A stretch of 64,000 nucleotides of DNA from NCBI RefSeq assembly GCF_009914755.1, contig NC_060926.1; one strand, 5' to 3'. This document shows positions 28,321 through 41,600 of this stretch, one piece after another. The first letter of the stretch is position 1. Each line of letters starts with the position of its first letter. The stretch comes from the human T2T-CHM13v2.0 reference genome, Homo sapiens. The notes under the pieces are model-generated. The model was not told the DNA's origin, ran no database searches, and worked only from the letters and a program-made list of their open reading frames with translations. The position numbers were made by a program, and so were the translations under genes.

Positions 28321-31065
28321 CCGGTACAAGCTTCACAAAGGAGGGCATTTCCTAAGACATATTTGTACCAGTTGAAGCTGTGCATATCAAGATTCATTGG
28401 GCTGTAAACAGTGATAACATGCTTTTTATCTGACTCTGTAAAACTATAAAAACTCATATTTTCTGGAAACTAGTCACTTTAAGTAATTCCTAGTTTTGCA
28501 GTTTAGAGGCTTCTTGGATGATCCCTACAGCTGTTTCTGGAAGGAACCTGAGGGATCATGCACCAGACAGTGGCCTACCAGCGGGCATTAATCAAATGAT
28601 CATTCATAAACACTGTGGGAGCAAGTTCATTTCAGAGTAATCAGAAATTATCTTTTGTTCCTCCATCTCTTCAAAGGAAAGCCACTGGGAAACAGGGCAA
28701 CCAATCACTAGAACTCTCTCCACTTGGTTTAATGAGACAGTGAATCGTTGAATTAAGCCAGTGTCCTTAAGCTGCCCTTAGTTGGTTGCTCCTTGATTAG
28801 TCAAAGTGTAATTTGAGTGATACAGCCATGTTGGATGTTCCTGCCACATATTCTGATGAGTTAGCACTCTGTTGCTGCTGTCACACAGCTTCTTAAAAGA
28901 AGTGTCAGGATACCCTGTGGGGAAATAAGCAGTGTTTCGATGGCAAAGAGACTGCTCGCGAGGGGCTACTCATGGATACACATGTTGCTTAGGCGTCCAG
29001 CCAGCCCTGCAGTGATTGATGGATGTTCTGCTCCCTTCTGGTGTATCTTCACTTGTGCTGGGAAAGGGATGAAGGGCACCTTTGAAAGAGGAGGAACCAT
29101 AGTAATCACTTCATCTCTCTTCTGCTTAATGCAAACTTACTCTGGAAAGATAAATGACTATCCACTCCTGTAACAACTCCTCAAAATCATTACTATATAT
29201 TGCTGTGGGCCAGATTTGTGCATTTCTAGGATTGTCCCACTGTGGCAGTTATCGGCTGCAGTATGTAGCATTGATTGCATGTTTTTGTTAACTTGAAAGT
29301 ATCTTAGAAGGAATAAGCAGTAAATTTTGAAGAGGTCTCAGTGAATCTACTTGACATGGAAATATATAATTGATGAGACATTGTAATGGGTTTAAAATTT
29401 ACAGTCATAACTCAGGTATACAGAAATGAAACATTTTATTTTTCTGTTACTGAACTTAGGTCAAGTCCCCATTTGTTCAGTTGGCTGAAAACAGTTACTT
29501 TTGCTGTTTCAATTTAATTTAGTCACATACAGTTTATTCAGTCAAATTCTACGTTCTCTTCCTGGTCCCTTCTTTGATTATCCTTATAGATGATCTAAGT
29601 TACTGGGTGGCTTATAGGTCATCCTGGCATGAGGGGAGGAGTGTCCTATTCCTTGGGTCTTCTTTGGTCCTTGCAGACTTTTGCTGAGACATAGCAGTTC
29701 TCTTCTAGCTTGGGGACCTCATGTATAGCATCTGGTGTACTGGGTCTGCATGGGCCTGCCTAGGCCTCTGGACTACATGCTCAGACTCTACACCTCATGC
29801 CCTAACTCTGGCTCTCTTTCGGCAACAGGCCCACTGAGCACTTCCCTGTCTTTCCTCAGGGGATGCTCAAGAACTCATGGCTACTTTCTGTGCAGAAAAT
29901 AGACTCTGAAACTCTAGGAGGCTTCTTAAGCTCATCTGCCTGAAACATACCCCAGCTTTTGTGGTGGTCCTTCTGCCATGCCTGCCATGCTGCTTTGGTG
30001 CCATGCTGAGTGAGGGGTTTTCCCAAGGGCTTGTAGTGTTTTCTGGCTATGCTTTGAGAGCAGGTTAGGCACCTACCCCTGTCAGAATGATTCAATAGGC
30101 TCAATCTCTCTTACCCGGTTCCCCTCCCAATCCCTCCACATATTAAAAGCTTTCTATCTACCTTTTTGCATTTAAAAACCTCATGACCTCATGTTTCATC
30201 CCTTCTTTAAGTTTTATACTATAAATGCTATGCTGAATCATTTGAGCTCTGGCTCATTGGAACCCACAAATCCCCCTTTTCACAATAATACCAGAAAGCC
30301 TAGCATTCCAGGTTTGTCTCAGCTACTGACTTTAAAAAAGCCAGATTTGAAGATCAAAGCTGATGAATGACAATGTGATTCTCTGATGTATTTACCATCT
30401 CCTCTGGAAATAAGGAATGCTGGTGTTTGTTTCAATGGGTAAGGTAGGAAACACAAGGACTCCTGGGGAAGAAAATACATCTGCTAATATTTCAAAAACA
30501 TTATCCCAGCTATAGCACTTTCTCTTTTTTACTACATGTACTTAAAAAAAGTTTAGTCCCTTCTCCCTTTTTCCTTGTTTTTTTTTTTTTTTTTTTTTTG
30601 ATAATGACATTGAAACTTCCTCATTATTGGGTAAAGTTCTACGCAGCATAACTCCTGCTTTTCCAAGTCAGATTGCTGCCCACCTACAGACCATCTAAAG
30701 TAGGTGCCAACTGTGAGGGAGGTGCTATTATGATCTTCATTTCTCAGATGAGAAAACTTATTTGGAGAGATTACATCCAGATGCACTCAGCTCATAAGTG
30801 ACAAAGTTGGGATTCATGGTCAGGTCTGTTGACATTATCCTGCCATTTCCAATGCAAGTCTATTTCAGACTTATCATACATGTATTAAGTTAAATCCATC
30901 CTGAATAGACTACATGGAGATTAAGTTCCTGCAAAATGACTTTATGTATACACAATTTTTAAAAACTGCATACAAGTTTTAACTTGGGGAGAAATCAGTT
31001 CTCTAGTTACTAATAACCTCAATTTTTTTTTCTGGATAGTTTTAAATATATGTATTTTGATTTAA

Positions 31066-31385
<320 letters not shown>

Positions 31386-34300
31386 GTATTTAGGTACTTC
31401 TTTAGATATAAGCCCCATGGATTGGCAATCCAAATTGAGCTAGTAGATCTTCAAAGAACACTGGAACTACAAATACCAACTGTGGATATTTACTGTCATA
31501 AATAACACTTTTGTAGAGAACACTTTAATTTGCCTGATCTTATATCCATTAAGAGAGAAATGAGAGTAAGAGAGAAAGAGCGTAAGAATAAATCATTGGC
31601 TGGAAACCTTAAAAAATTTAGATTACTTCTTAGATTAAAGTTAAATAGTACCAGATAAATAAACATGAAAAGAAAGAAGCCTATGTGGTGATTTCACTGT
31701 TTCACATGGTAGAAACATAATCAGTTGAAAGTCACTCATGAATTTATATCATATTCATGAACACACCAGAAAACCAAAAAGATATAAAGTCCACCATTCA
31801 CTTCCTTAATGATACCAGATGCATTTAAATAGGAATTTCTTAAACTTTTGTACTTTGACATGCTGATAAGCTCCAGAATGATATTATATATTAGCTAAAG
31901 ATGAATTATGGGTTTTGGGTTTCCATTTCCTTAAATCAACAGCATGTTCAGTTACAGCACATTGCTAAGGGTTAATTTTCAAACCAATGAGTGGTGAGAA
32001 GGGCTAGTGAAAATAAAAGGGGAAAAACCCAACTATAACTGGTAAAACTCTTTCTATGTGAATAATATTTTTTCTTTTGCATTTGCTGTGTCTTCTGGAG
32101 GAATGACAGTTGTGTAATTCAGTCTGGTTGGAGAGACAGGCATAGGGTTAATAAAGGATTTGTGTATGGGATGGTGTACTCTAGCATGAACTGCCATCCT
32201 CCTCCAGTGGTGTGTCTGCCACACATAAGTAGCATAAATAACATCTGCCAAAACAGCCCTCTGAAGTATTAAGCACTGACATACCCGAATGCTTTCTAGG
32301 TGTTACAGGTGTACTGTTCAAGTGCTGTTTAATTGCAGTCTTAATCAAATATGATAGCCTGATTCCAAGGTGAATGTCTTATACCATTGATTTGTAGTAA
32401 GTCGCCACATTTCTTTGAACAGTGTGCCATTTTATATGAGAATTATAAAACAGCAATGATTATTTTAGGATCAGAGATGTTGTGATTCATCAGGTACTGT
32501 TGATGGATGATGCATATGTGCTTAGTCTGGCCTTGCGCAGAGGCTCGAGTAATTTGTTATCCTACAAGACATGTGCTGTTTCCTCTTCCATACTACTCCC
32601 CAGTGCTACTAATATTTTAAGGCTAAAGAACAACACTGTATTAGATAGAACTACAGGCTATATGTAATGTTAAATATATGTATTTGTATATATGTGTATA
32701 TCCTCTGCTATACAGATCAGGTATCATGCTAAAACCATATAACTCTTAACTGCATTTTTCTGGTAATTAGCAATGGATTATCTTCCCAAAAAATATGGGT
32801 TCTTCAATCCTCCTGGTCTTGGGGAGCACAGAATGATTCATTATCTCTTCTACATTAGCCACTTTGTTTGTGGCAGGATTTGAAATAGGAATATAGGTTG
32901 TATAATTACTTAATGAAATTCAAAATTAATAAGATGCCATTTTCAGAGTTTTTTATGTTGTTCTAATATGTTCTTCAAGTTTTAAAAGCCATTATAAACT
33001 TTATAAATTCCTATATTTCCTATTATAATAAAGTCTGTATCCTTATTTCTTTCAATATTTATGCAGATACATACATAATTATAGTGCCACATTTGAAATA
33101 TCCTACTTTTGTATATTACAGATTGCATGAAATAGCCCAGAATGGAGGTTCAATTGATCTTTAAGAGAACTCAGGAGAACTGAATTTTGTATTAGCTAAA
33201 CTTATTTAATATATTAAAATGATATACTTATACATTTTAATTTTAATCCTTTACTTCATTTTCTTTTTTAAATAGAAATTATCTTGTCTACAATAGCAAT
33301 TTCTGTATTGGTGTTTTCTCAGGTAATGACATTGATCCCTATTTAATTACTATTGCATAATTAAAAATCAGCCCTTTGACATCAGTGGGGATGGTAGGGC
33401 TACAGTGTACAACTTATTAACTTTCAAATTATCCAAAACATTTGCTTGCATTTTGTTATAATTTCTGTATGATAAGCATATTGGAGATAAAGTAGAAAAT
33501 AAATATTATATATTATCATACTTTTAGATGACCAATTTTAGCTTCATATATTTTATCGAGTTTCAGTAACATGAGCAGTGTATTGCTTTGTTCATCATGT
33601 GAAAAAATTGAAACATTACAAATAAGTTTAAGATCTTCCTATGGGAAAAAATAATTTCCTCTATCAGAGGAAAAAATTATTACTATTATGATAATACCCC
33701 TTCAGACCTTTTTCTAGTCACTTACAGGTAAAAATTGTAGTACTGGTTGGTACATAGTGTGTTTTATTAATGTTTTACTGCGTATATTGTTGTATAAATT
33801 GCTTTCCGCACTCATTGGCATGCCTTAGAATTCTTTTTATTTAGGCTTCATGACTAATTTGTAGTGGAACCTCAAGAAGATCACTTATGTGCTTCACTTT
33901 CCACATATGTAAAATGGGAATAACAACAGAATCTGCCTCATAGTACTGCTGAAGGGTGACATGGAGAACACCTGTGAGGCATTCAGAACAGAGCCTGTCA
34001 TACAATAAATGCCATGTCAGTGTTTGCTCTTATTCTCAGTATACAGAGATCTGCTTTGATCTTTTCATCTGCTGCAAAATATTCCACAAATTGGCATATT
34101 GTGTTTTGTAATAATCTCTATTGATTATTTTCAAGCAAGATTTGGAATTATCCGCAGTAGTTTCAAATGTACAAAAAAGTACCTTATTTTATTTATTTTT
34201 TAAATAACTGATCTGATCTACGAGTCTAATCTGGTAAGTTTTGTCTTGAGTCCAGTAATGCAGTCCAATACTCCATTTAGGTAACCCTGTCCTTGCTTGG

Positions 34301-36639
34301 TCAATTTGTTCCACTTTTCCAAGTTTGACCTGCTTACCCTATTCCTCTTCAAGAGGGCATCTGGTTGTTTAGTTTACATGATTTAGTGGTGCAGAAGGAA
34401 AGGGTAATCAGATTGATGTATCCTCTGAGTCCTCCTTGATATCTGCAGAGCAGCTGAGCTGGTCTGCTCTCTGTGCTGTTGACATCTGCTCTTTGGGGCG
34501 TTAGGGGGTCTGGTCATTTGTCCCTTGTCTGTTATGATCTACCTGCAGTGGTTTTCTACCTTGTCCCCAGGCTTCTTAATTCTTCCTGTACTCTCAGAAC
34601 CTCTGTGTTGTCACAACGAGACTTGGGTTATTTTGGGTCCCCAGTTTCCAGGCCCTGAATGCCATGGGCTCTGTCTCAGGAATAGGTATCTGCTGGCCTG
34701 CTGCTGTCATTTCTACTACATTGCTCCTTTACTGCCTTAAAGAGTGGTCCTGGATCAGGGGTTGAAAGTGGAAGTGGAAATAAAGGACGCTGATGTGACG
34801 TCTGTGTTTCCATTCTTCTTCCTACCACTTCACCAGATGTGAAAAATTCATATAATCTGAATCCTCTAGTTTGAGTTATGATAAGTTAAAGCAGTTTAAG
34901 AATTTAACGAACTCCCCTCTCCCTGATTAAATCTACTTGTTAGCACTGTGTTCTTACTGCAAATCCCGTTGCCTTGCCAGAAGATAAATATTAACTTTTT
35001 CTTTCTCTTTGCCTTCCTGTTGTAATAATTCCAAACCACCCAAAAGAAATAGGTGAGTTTGTGGAGAAGGTCAGTAAAATAATTTCAAAAGGGAAAAGAA
35101 CATTCATGCATTTAAATATTATTCCCACTGGTTCATTTATGCTGCAATGAATATCTATATATCTATGTATGTATCTATCATTTTGTGCACATGTTTTAGT
35201 ATTTTTCTGAGTTTCATCCTGAAAAAATGTAATTGCTGTAAGGTATGCACATTTTACATTTCACTGTATAATGACAAATCATGCTACAAAGTGACTAGAC
35301 CAATTTATACTCTTGCTATGAGTCACTGAGAGAATTCTTTACTAACACCAGATATTTTGCGTAACTTATTCTGTTTAAATTCTATCAGCAAACCTCCATA
35401 GTAGGTGTATTCCCATTTTGTATATGAAGAAACTGAGGTTCGGAGTTAAAGCAACTTGTTCAAGGTCACACAAATGGTAAGTGGGTAATTTCGGAACCTT
35501 TTAAAATAAAACATAGAAGCCTACTATCTTATTGTTCCATTCTAGAAATATGTCTGTGTTTATAATATCGACTACTTTGTATTATTTTAAACTTTATAAT
35601 ATTGACTACTATTATTTTCTTCACATCCTAGTTAAGAATCTAGGATAAAATGGAAAACGATATCACGAAATGGAAAAACAATGTTATTCCTTAGTTAGCT
35701 TAGTTTAAACACCTATTTAATGGTCAAAGGCAAGTAGTTGACCTCCCATCTTTTTGACTCACAGTCATTAGTTACACAAGAAAAGCAGAACAAAACCCAG
35801 CTGGATGGAGGGGTGGATATGCAAGTAGCTTTCACACTAGGAATTGTGAAGCCTGAGGCATAGCCCCAAGACTCAGATCATCGGGAGTGCACTCAGTCCA
35901 GAGGGACAAATGTTCAGAGTCTGCATCACCTAATATTACAAGCATCTTTATTGAGACTGATAGAAGTGAATTTCTCAGGTCAGAAAACAGAAGAGCTCTT
36001 TTAGCTGAGTTGTGATATTTAAAAGTCTCTCATTTTGAATTTCTTGCCTGGCCAATCAAACTGTCCTCCCAGAACAAATTGTTGGATAATGAAATGCATA
36101 TAATGTAGCTTGAGAGCGCTGTCCCATTTGCAGCACTGGCTTCAGCCTGAGGCACATCTCTGGCTGCTCCTTTCTATCTATAAGTTAAAGCAATGGCCTC
36201 AGCAAGCAGTACACTCTGTACAGCAGCTGCAACTCGTTATCGGCTTTGTCCAGAATAACAAACAGAACAAACACATTTTGCAAGGGCTTTTACCCCTCTT
36301 ATGTAGAGAAGGAGGAATTAAGCAATCAGTGAAATGCTGATTGATCAGTTGTGCTGACTAAGAGAAGTCCAAGGCCACATTAGTACTATTAAGCCCTAAA
36401 AAACAAAGCAAAAAGAAAATGTTCTTAGAACTTTATTTAAACCAGTATTTCTGTGATGTGAAGTACATTTCCCCCAAAGGGAAAAATGGGAAAATATTTG
36501 CATTTCACTTAGTACACTTTACTCATCCAGACTGCTTTGTAATGTAATGATGGTTAAGTATTTTTACAAAGATAATTCATGTTTTTTGGCAGATTTTGGT
36601 TGATCATGGAGTATCAGGGTTGTGTGAACCAAAGGTGTG

Positions 36640-38600
36640 ATGCAGAGCAGCTTTAGTAAACCATCCCATTCCTATGCCACCCGTTTGATTTCAGTACCAA
36701 CTGCTGTGGCCACATCTAGACCACTCTTTACCAGAAACTGTGCCACCTTCAAAATTCCAGCATCCTTTTCCCCTCCTCCCTTATTTTTTGATCTCATATA
36801 CTCAAGTATTCTTAGTGTAACAATTCTTTGAGCATTCTTTCTTATCTAGCTTAAAATCTAGGGTCTACCATTATAATCATTCCTTTCAAGATAACCTTAA
36901 CTTCCACACCCCAATTTCTAACTGGCCTGGCAAAACTCAGACCTTTGGTGCAAAATCCTCCATCTCTATGCCTGAGCCCTTGTGTTTGAGAATGGCTGAA
37001 GAAAACCATGTGCATGGACATTCTGATGTCACTATAAATTCATGGTCACGGATCTCAAATGGGAGCCCAAGACTACTGGCTTTCCTGCTGTGGTTGTCTA
37101 ATGACAGCATGATCTTACTCTTCACAGATATTAGTTTAAACTCTCCAACCTTCAATTGAAAAGTCTACATCTTACTTTATTAGAAAGTAGAAACAATCAA
37201 GGGTTATGCTCCCATTTTCACACTACCAAGTAAACAAACCTTCAGTAAGAGAAGATATATTTCCTATATCTCCTCCTACCCTCCTGTTAAAAGGGTGCAA
37301 ACGTCCCCCCTCCTAACAAAAACCAATCCTTCTTCATGCTCTTTAGATGCCGTGTTGTCTCTCTTTCTCAAAGTCTTCATTTTTTGGTTATACTCTTTCT
37401 CTCATGCAAATTTTTCTCTCTTTTTCAAGTAGAGCAGGCTCAGCAGCCTACAAACGTGTCTTGGGCACCTTTCATCAAAAAATAAAAAACATAAAAACAA
37501 CAAACGAAACCCTTCTTGGCTCCACATTCTCATCCAGTTTCTATTCTTTCACTTAGCTGCTTTTCTTCTCATGTTTTGTCTATTTTTTAACATCCTAGTC
37601 ACTCTCTGATCTACTTCAGTTTGACTTCTACCTCCATCACTTGAGTAAATTCAATACATGGTTTCAAGTATATTCTAGCCCTAGCCTGATCCACAGGGAA
37701 GGTTCTGGACCACAAGCAACATGGCAGAGTTGTTCACTCTTGAGGTAAAGGAGTTTGGCACCTCATGCCCCTATAATGGATTAAAGAAACATTCCTTAAT
37801 CGGGGTTAGTCCCTGGGAAAGGTTTTAGGTGTGAGCAATTAGCAACCATCACCCACAGTGGCTGGGAGAGGGGGGCACTAGCCCAATAAAGAGGATCTAA
37901 GTAGTGCACCCAAGCAGGTCTACCACAGTTAGCTTCCTATGTGGGCTCACGTTGCATGCAGTGCATCTCTATACAGCAATTAATCTATTTCATAATATTA
38001 ATAAAATAATTTCACTTTCCATGTTAAAATCCTTCAATGACTTCCTATTGCACTATAAATGGCAAATCAATATGTTAACATGCCCTGCCAACACCTACAG
38101 GGTCTGGGGTCTGATTGCCTTTCAGATCTCTCCTGATAATCTCCCCTGCTTGGTTCAATATCCTTCTGTTTCACCAGGAAGATATCATCAATTTCCAGCT
38201 CAAAGCCTTCACATATGATGTTCCTTCTGGCTGGGGTGCTTTTCCTCCCACATGACCCATTTAATTAATATGTATCATTCACATCTCAGTTTCCTCGGAC
38301 TGTTTTAAGCATCCAATCTAAATTTTGTTCTCCACTATTATTTTCTAGCAAAACAGCCTACTTTATTCCTGCAGAGTTTGTAATCATATATTGTAATAAA
38401 ATTTGTAATTATATATTGTGAGATTGATTACTAAGCTGTCTTAATATACTGAAAGCTCCAATTCATTTATATTTCTTTAGCATCTCCCATGAGGTATCAT
38501 GAGGTTTGGGACCATGTCATTTCATTTCACCATTGCCTAATGGGGTATCTGGTATGTAATAAAAGATACTCAACTTGTTGAATGAATAAATAAATGCATA
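36640..38600 (+). mobile_element. L2 LINE fragments, interrupted by an ERVL-like LTR piece (~37660-37930)
   Basis: L2-like body (CCTGGCAAAACTCAGACC, TTCTACCTCCATCAC, AAATCCTTCAATGACTTCCTATTGCAC) ending in TGTTGAATGAATAAA. Confidence 0.55.
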
Positions 38601-41600
38601 AATGATGAATAAATTAGATACACAAAATTAGGACGTCAAGAAAGAATCACTTCTCCCCCTCCCGCAAGTTATTCCTTAACAATTCTCCTAGGGCTATCAG
38701 CACTGGGACATGAGAGGTTTAATCAAATTTGTGTTCCTTTGGTGCTCTCTTCTGGGATCATAGGGCTTGATGGATATTCTCTCATTAACTCGTACACATC
38801 CCTGCCATTTTTGTGACACTGATTTGCGCAGTTTTTAGAGAAACTGGGAAATAGGAAGATTAATAGACTTGGCTGAGGATAGAATGAGGTTATGACAGAA
38901 CCAGGGATAGAGTGTGCTTCTACTTATTGACTAGCTTAGCATGCTGCACACTTGTTAGCAGTTAAAGAAAACACATTGGGAATCAGTCCATGTCAGTAGG
39001 TACGTAATCCTGGAAACTTCCTTCTGAAATGTATTACTATAAATATTCTTTCTCTGCACACAGCTCATTTGATGAGGTACATCTTTAGGCCAAGAGCTCT
39101 TCTTGATGATTAATCCTACTCAATTTTCTTATGAGAAAATGATGCACACAAAGGTTAAATAACTCAGCCACTGTAATAGAATGAATTCATGTCAAACCTC
39201 AGCTCTGAGGCTTCTAGTTGACCTGTACAAACATGTAGCTGTTTTCCATCTTCATTTCAAGAATGTTTTATATATTTAATATTAAAACTCCTAATTCTGC
39301 TTGTTGCTGAGCTTAACTCTATGTAACATTTATATATGTAAATATTACTTGAAATAGTTTTAAAGCCACAAATTATTTTCAACTGGATTTAATTAGAATT
39401 TTCCTCGTACTAGTTTGAGAGGGTAGCTATTCCTTGACAATCTTTTTCTTCAGGCTGAAATATAAATGCAGATAAAATTTGGAGCAGAATTCTGCCAGTT
39501 AATTTAAACTGGGGTATGGCATTCTGAAGTATAATATAATAGGTATGTAAAAATGGTTGTTATATTTAGTCTTAAAGTTTAAGATATTTAGGGAATGTAT
39601 TTACTGAGGAAATACGTTGACTTTGAGAATTTCTTTATGGAGTTGAAGTGCCTAGTACATTTTTTTTTTCTCCTCATACTAATTCTAAGTCAGGTGGTCC
39701 AACAAGGCCTCTCATCCTATTGGTATTACAGTATGACCTGTCTCCTGAACTTTGAAGCCATTTCTTTTCTTCAGAGGAGATAAGAAAATGTGTCTTATCT
39801 TAAGTCTGGAAGAAACACGGAGCCCAGTATCAAGGTAGTGGAGTAGTTCTTTTCCCAGACGTAGCACAGGGTTTTTCAAGCCTGAAGAAAAAGATTAATC
39901 TCCTTAAAACAAGGCTTTGTTGACTTGGGTCTGGTCATGGCAATCCTGTTTCCAGCCATCCTGTGTATAAGCTCTAACGGTCAGAAGTTTGTTTGCTTTG
40001 ATTTTGATGTGGCTCATCTTTTCTTAGCTGCTCATATTCAAGATTTGGAAAAGAAGGAACGGTGGTGAGCTGAGCAATTAATTGGATTCTGATAAGGAGT
40101 TCTGGAGAAATTTTATTATTCCTGAGTTTTAAACCCGTGTAACTTTAATATAACTTTGGTATGAGCCTTTACATTTTTTCTCTGTGTTTTTGTAATTATA
40201 TTGTGGCATTCTTATTGGGTGTGGTAGTAGCAATAAATTATAAATGTATGAATTTATACATTATGGATTTATAATTTCATAAGTTTTTGAGATTTTAAGA
40301 CTTACTATTTTTTACACGATGCCTTATGTATTTATAGCATTTAATATTAATCTAAATTCATTTTGAGATATATTTTATCATGCTTTTATCTTTTATATGT
40401 TATTAGAAAGCACTTGGTATTTTAAAAATATATATTAATGTGAGATTTCACAATTTATACCTTGTCTTTGTAGTCACATGCGTAGAGGATATTTACAATT
40501 TTACTCAAGTTAATTTGCTCAGTGTTGATCATCAGACCTTTTAGCCAGTATTGGCTGGGAAAAAAAGTGTAATTCTTTTTGTTCTCTTGAGAATTTTTTG
40601 GATCTAAAGTGATTCCTAGGGTGTGGGTCAACTTCTATGATATGAAAGATGACATGGAGGTTTTTTATTTTGTGAAGTGCATTAATAGGTGATCACATTT
40701 CATCCTGGGAGAGCTGCTGGAGAGGAATATTGATTTAGCCTGTTATGGTTGAGTCTTTGGGGTCTTGAGCTTCTTAGATTTTTAGTTCTTTTTGTTATTC
40801 TTTATTGTTCAATCTTGAGAGTAGAAAATACACATTTTTGTCCACTTCTAAGAATAAAACTGAAAGGCTTCTCAAGAGGGAGCTTTTGAGGGACAAGTCT
40901 GTGTTCCAGACTTATTTTTATTCTCGGATCTAGCACCATGCTTGGCATGTAAAAGGGCTTTAATAAGTATTTATAGAAGGAATTGAAGAATTAATTATTA
41001 CTTATGGACTATGAGAGGTCATGGTTGTTACTCTTTCTAATTTGTCGATATTAAACAGAGACAGTGAAGATACTAATTTAGATCACACAACGTGAATGAA
41101 GCAAACAAAAGCCTAAAGCTTTAGAAAAATGAATATATTATATTTTTAACTTCGCACTGTAGTTAAGCAGTGTGGAGCTATTTAATGATTTCAACCAGGA
41201 AGATATTAATGTGTGAAATAAGAGTACGTGGACAGTATATTAATTGTATGATACAAACAAGATATACATACATAAAGTTCATTAAAAGAGTATGATTTCA
41301 TATGGCTTTGAAGGATTGATAGGATATAGACAAATTGATAAAATTGATCTAACCAATATTTAACTTTAGGTTTCTTCATCAGATAAAATATTGCATCATT
41401 TTATGTTGGCTAAGTGATTTGCAGTCTATTTCAATTAATTATTCTTTATAGTTTTTCTCTGTCAATGCCATTTAATAAAGAGAAAACTTCAGCAGACAGA
41501 AGTTATATGATCTTTGGCACTATTGGCTGTGTGTTAAGCCACAGTAAGGTTCAGTTACGTATTTTATTGTTTTATAATCACACATTTCTCCTTTGATTCA

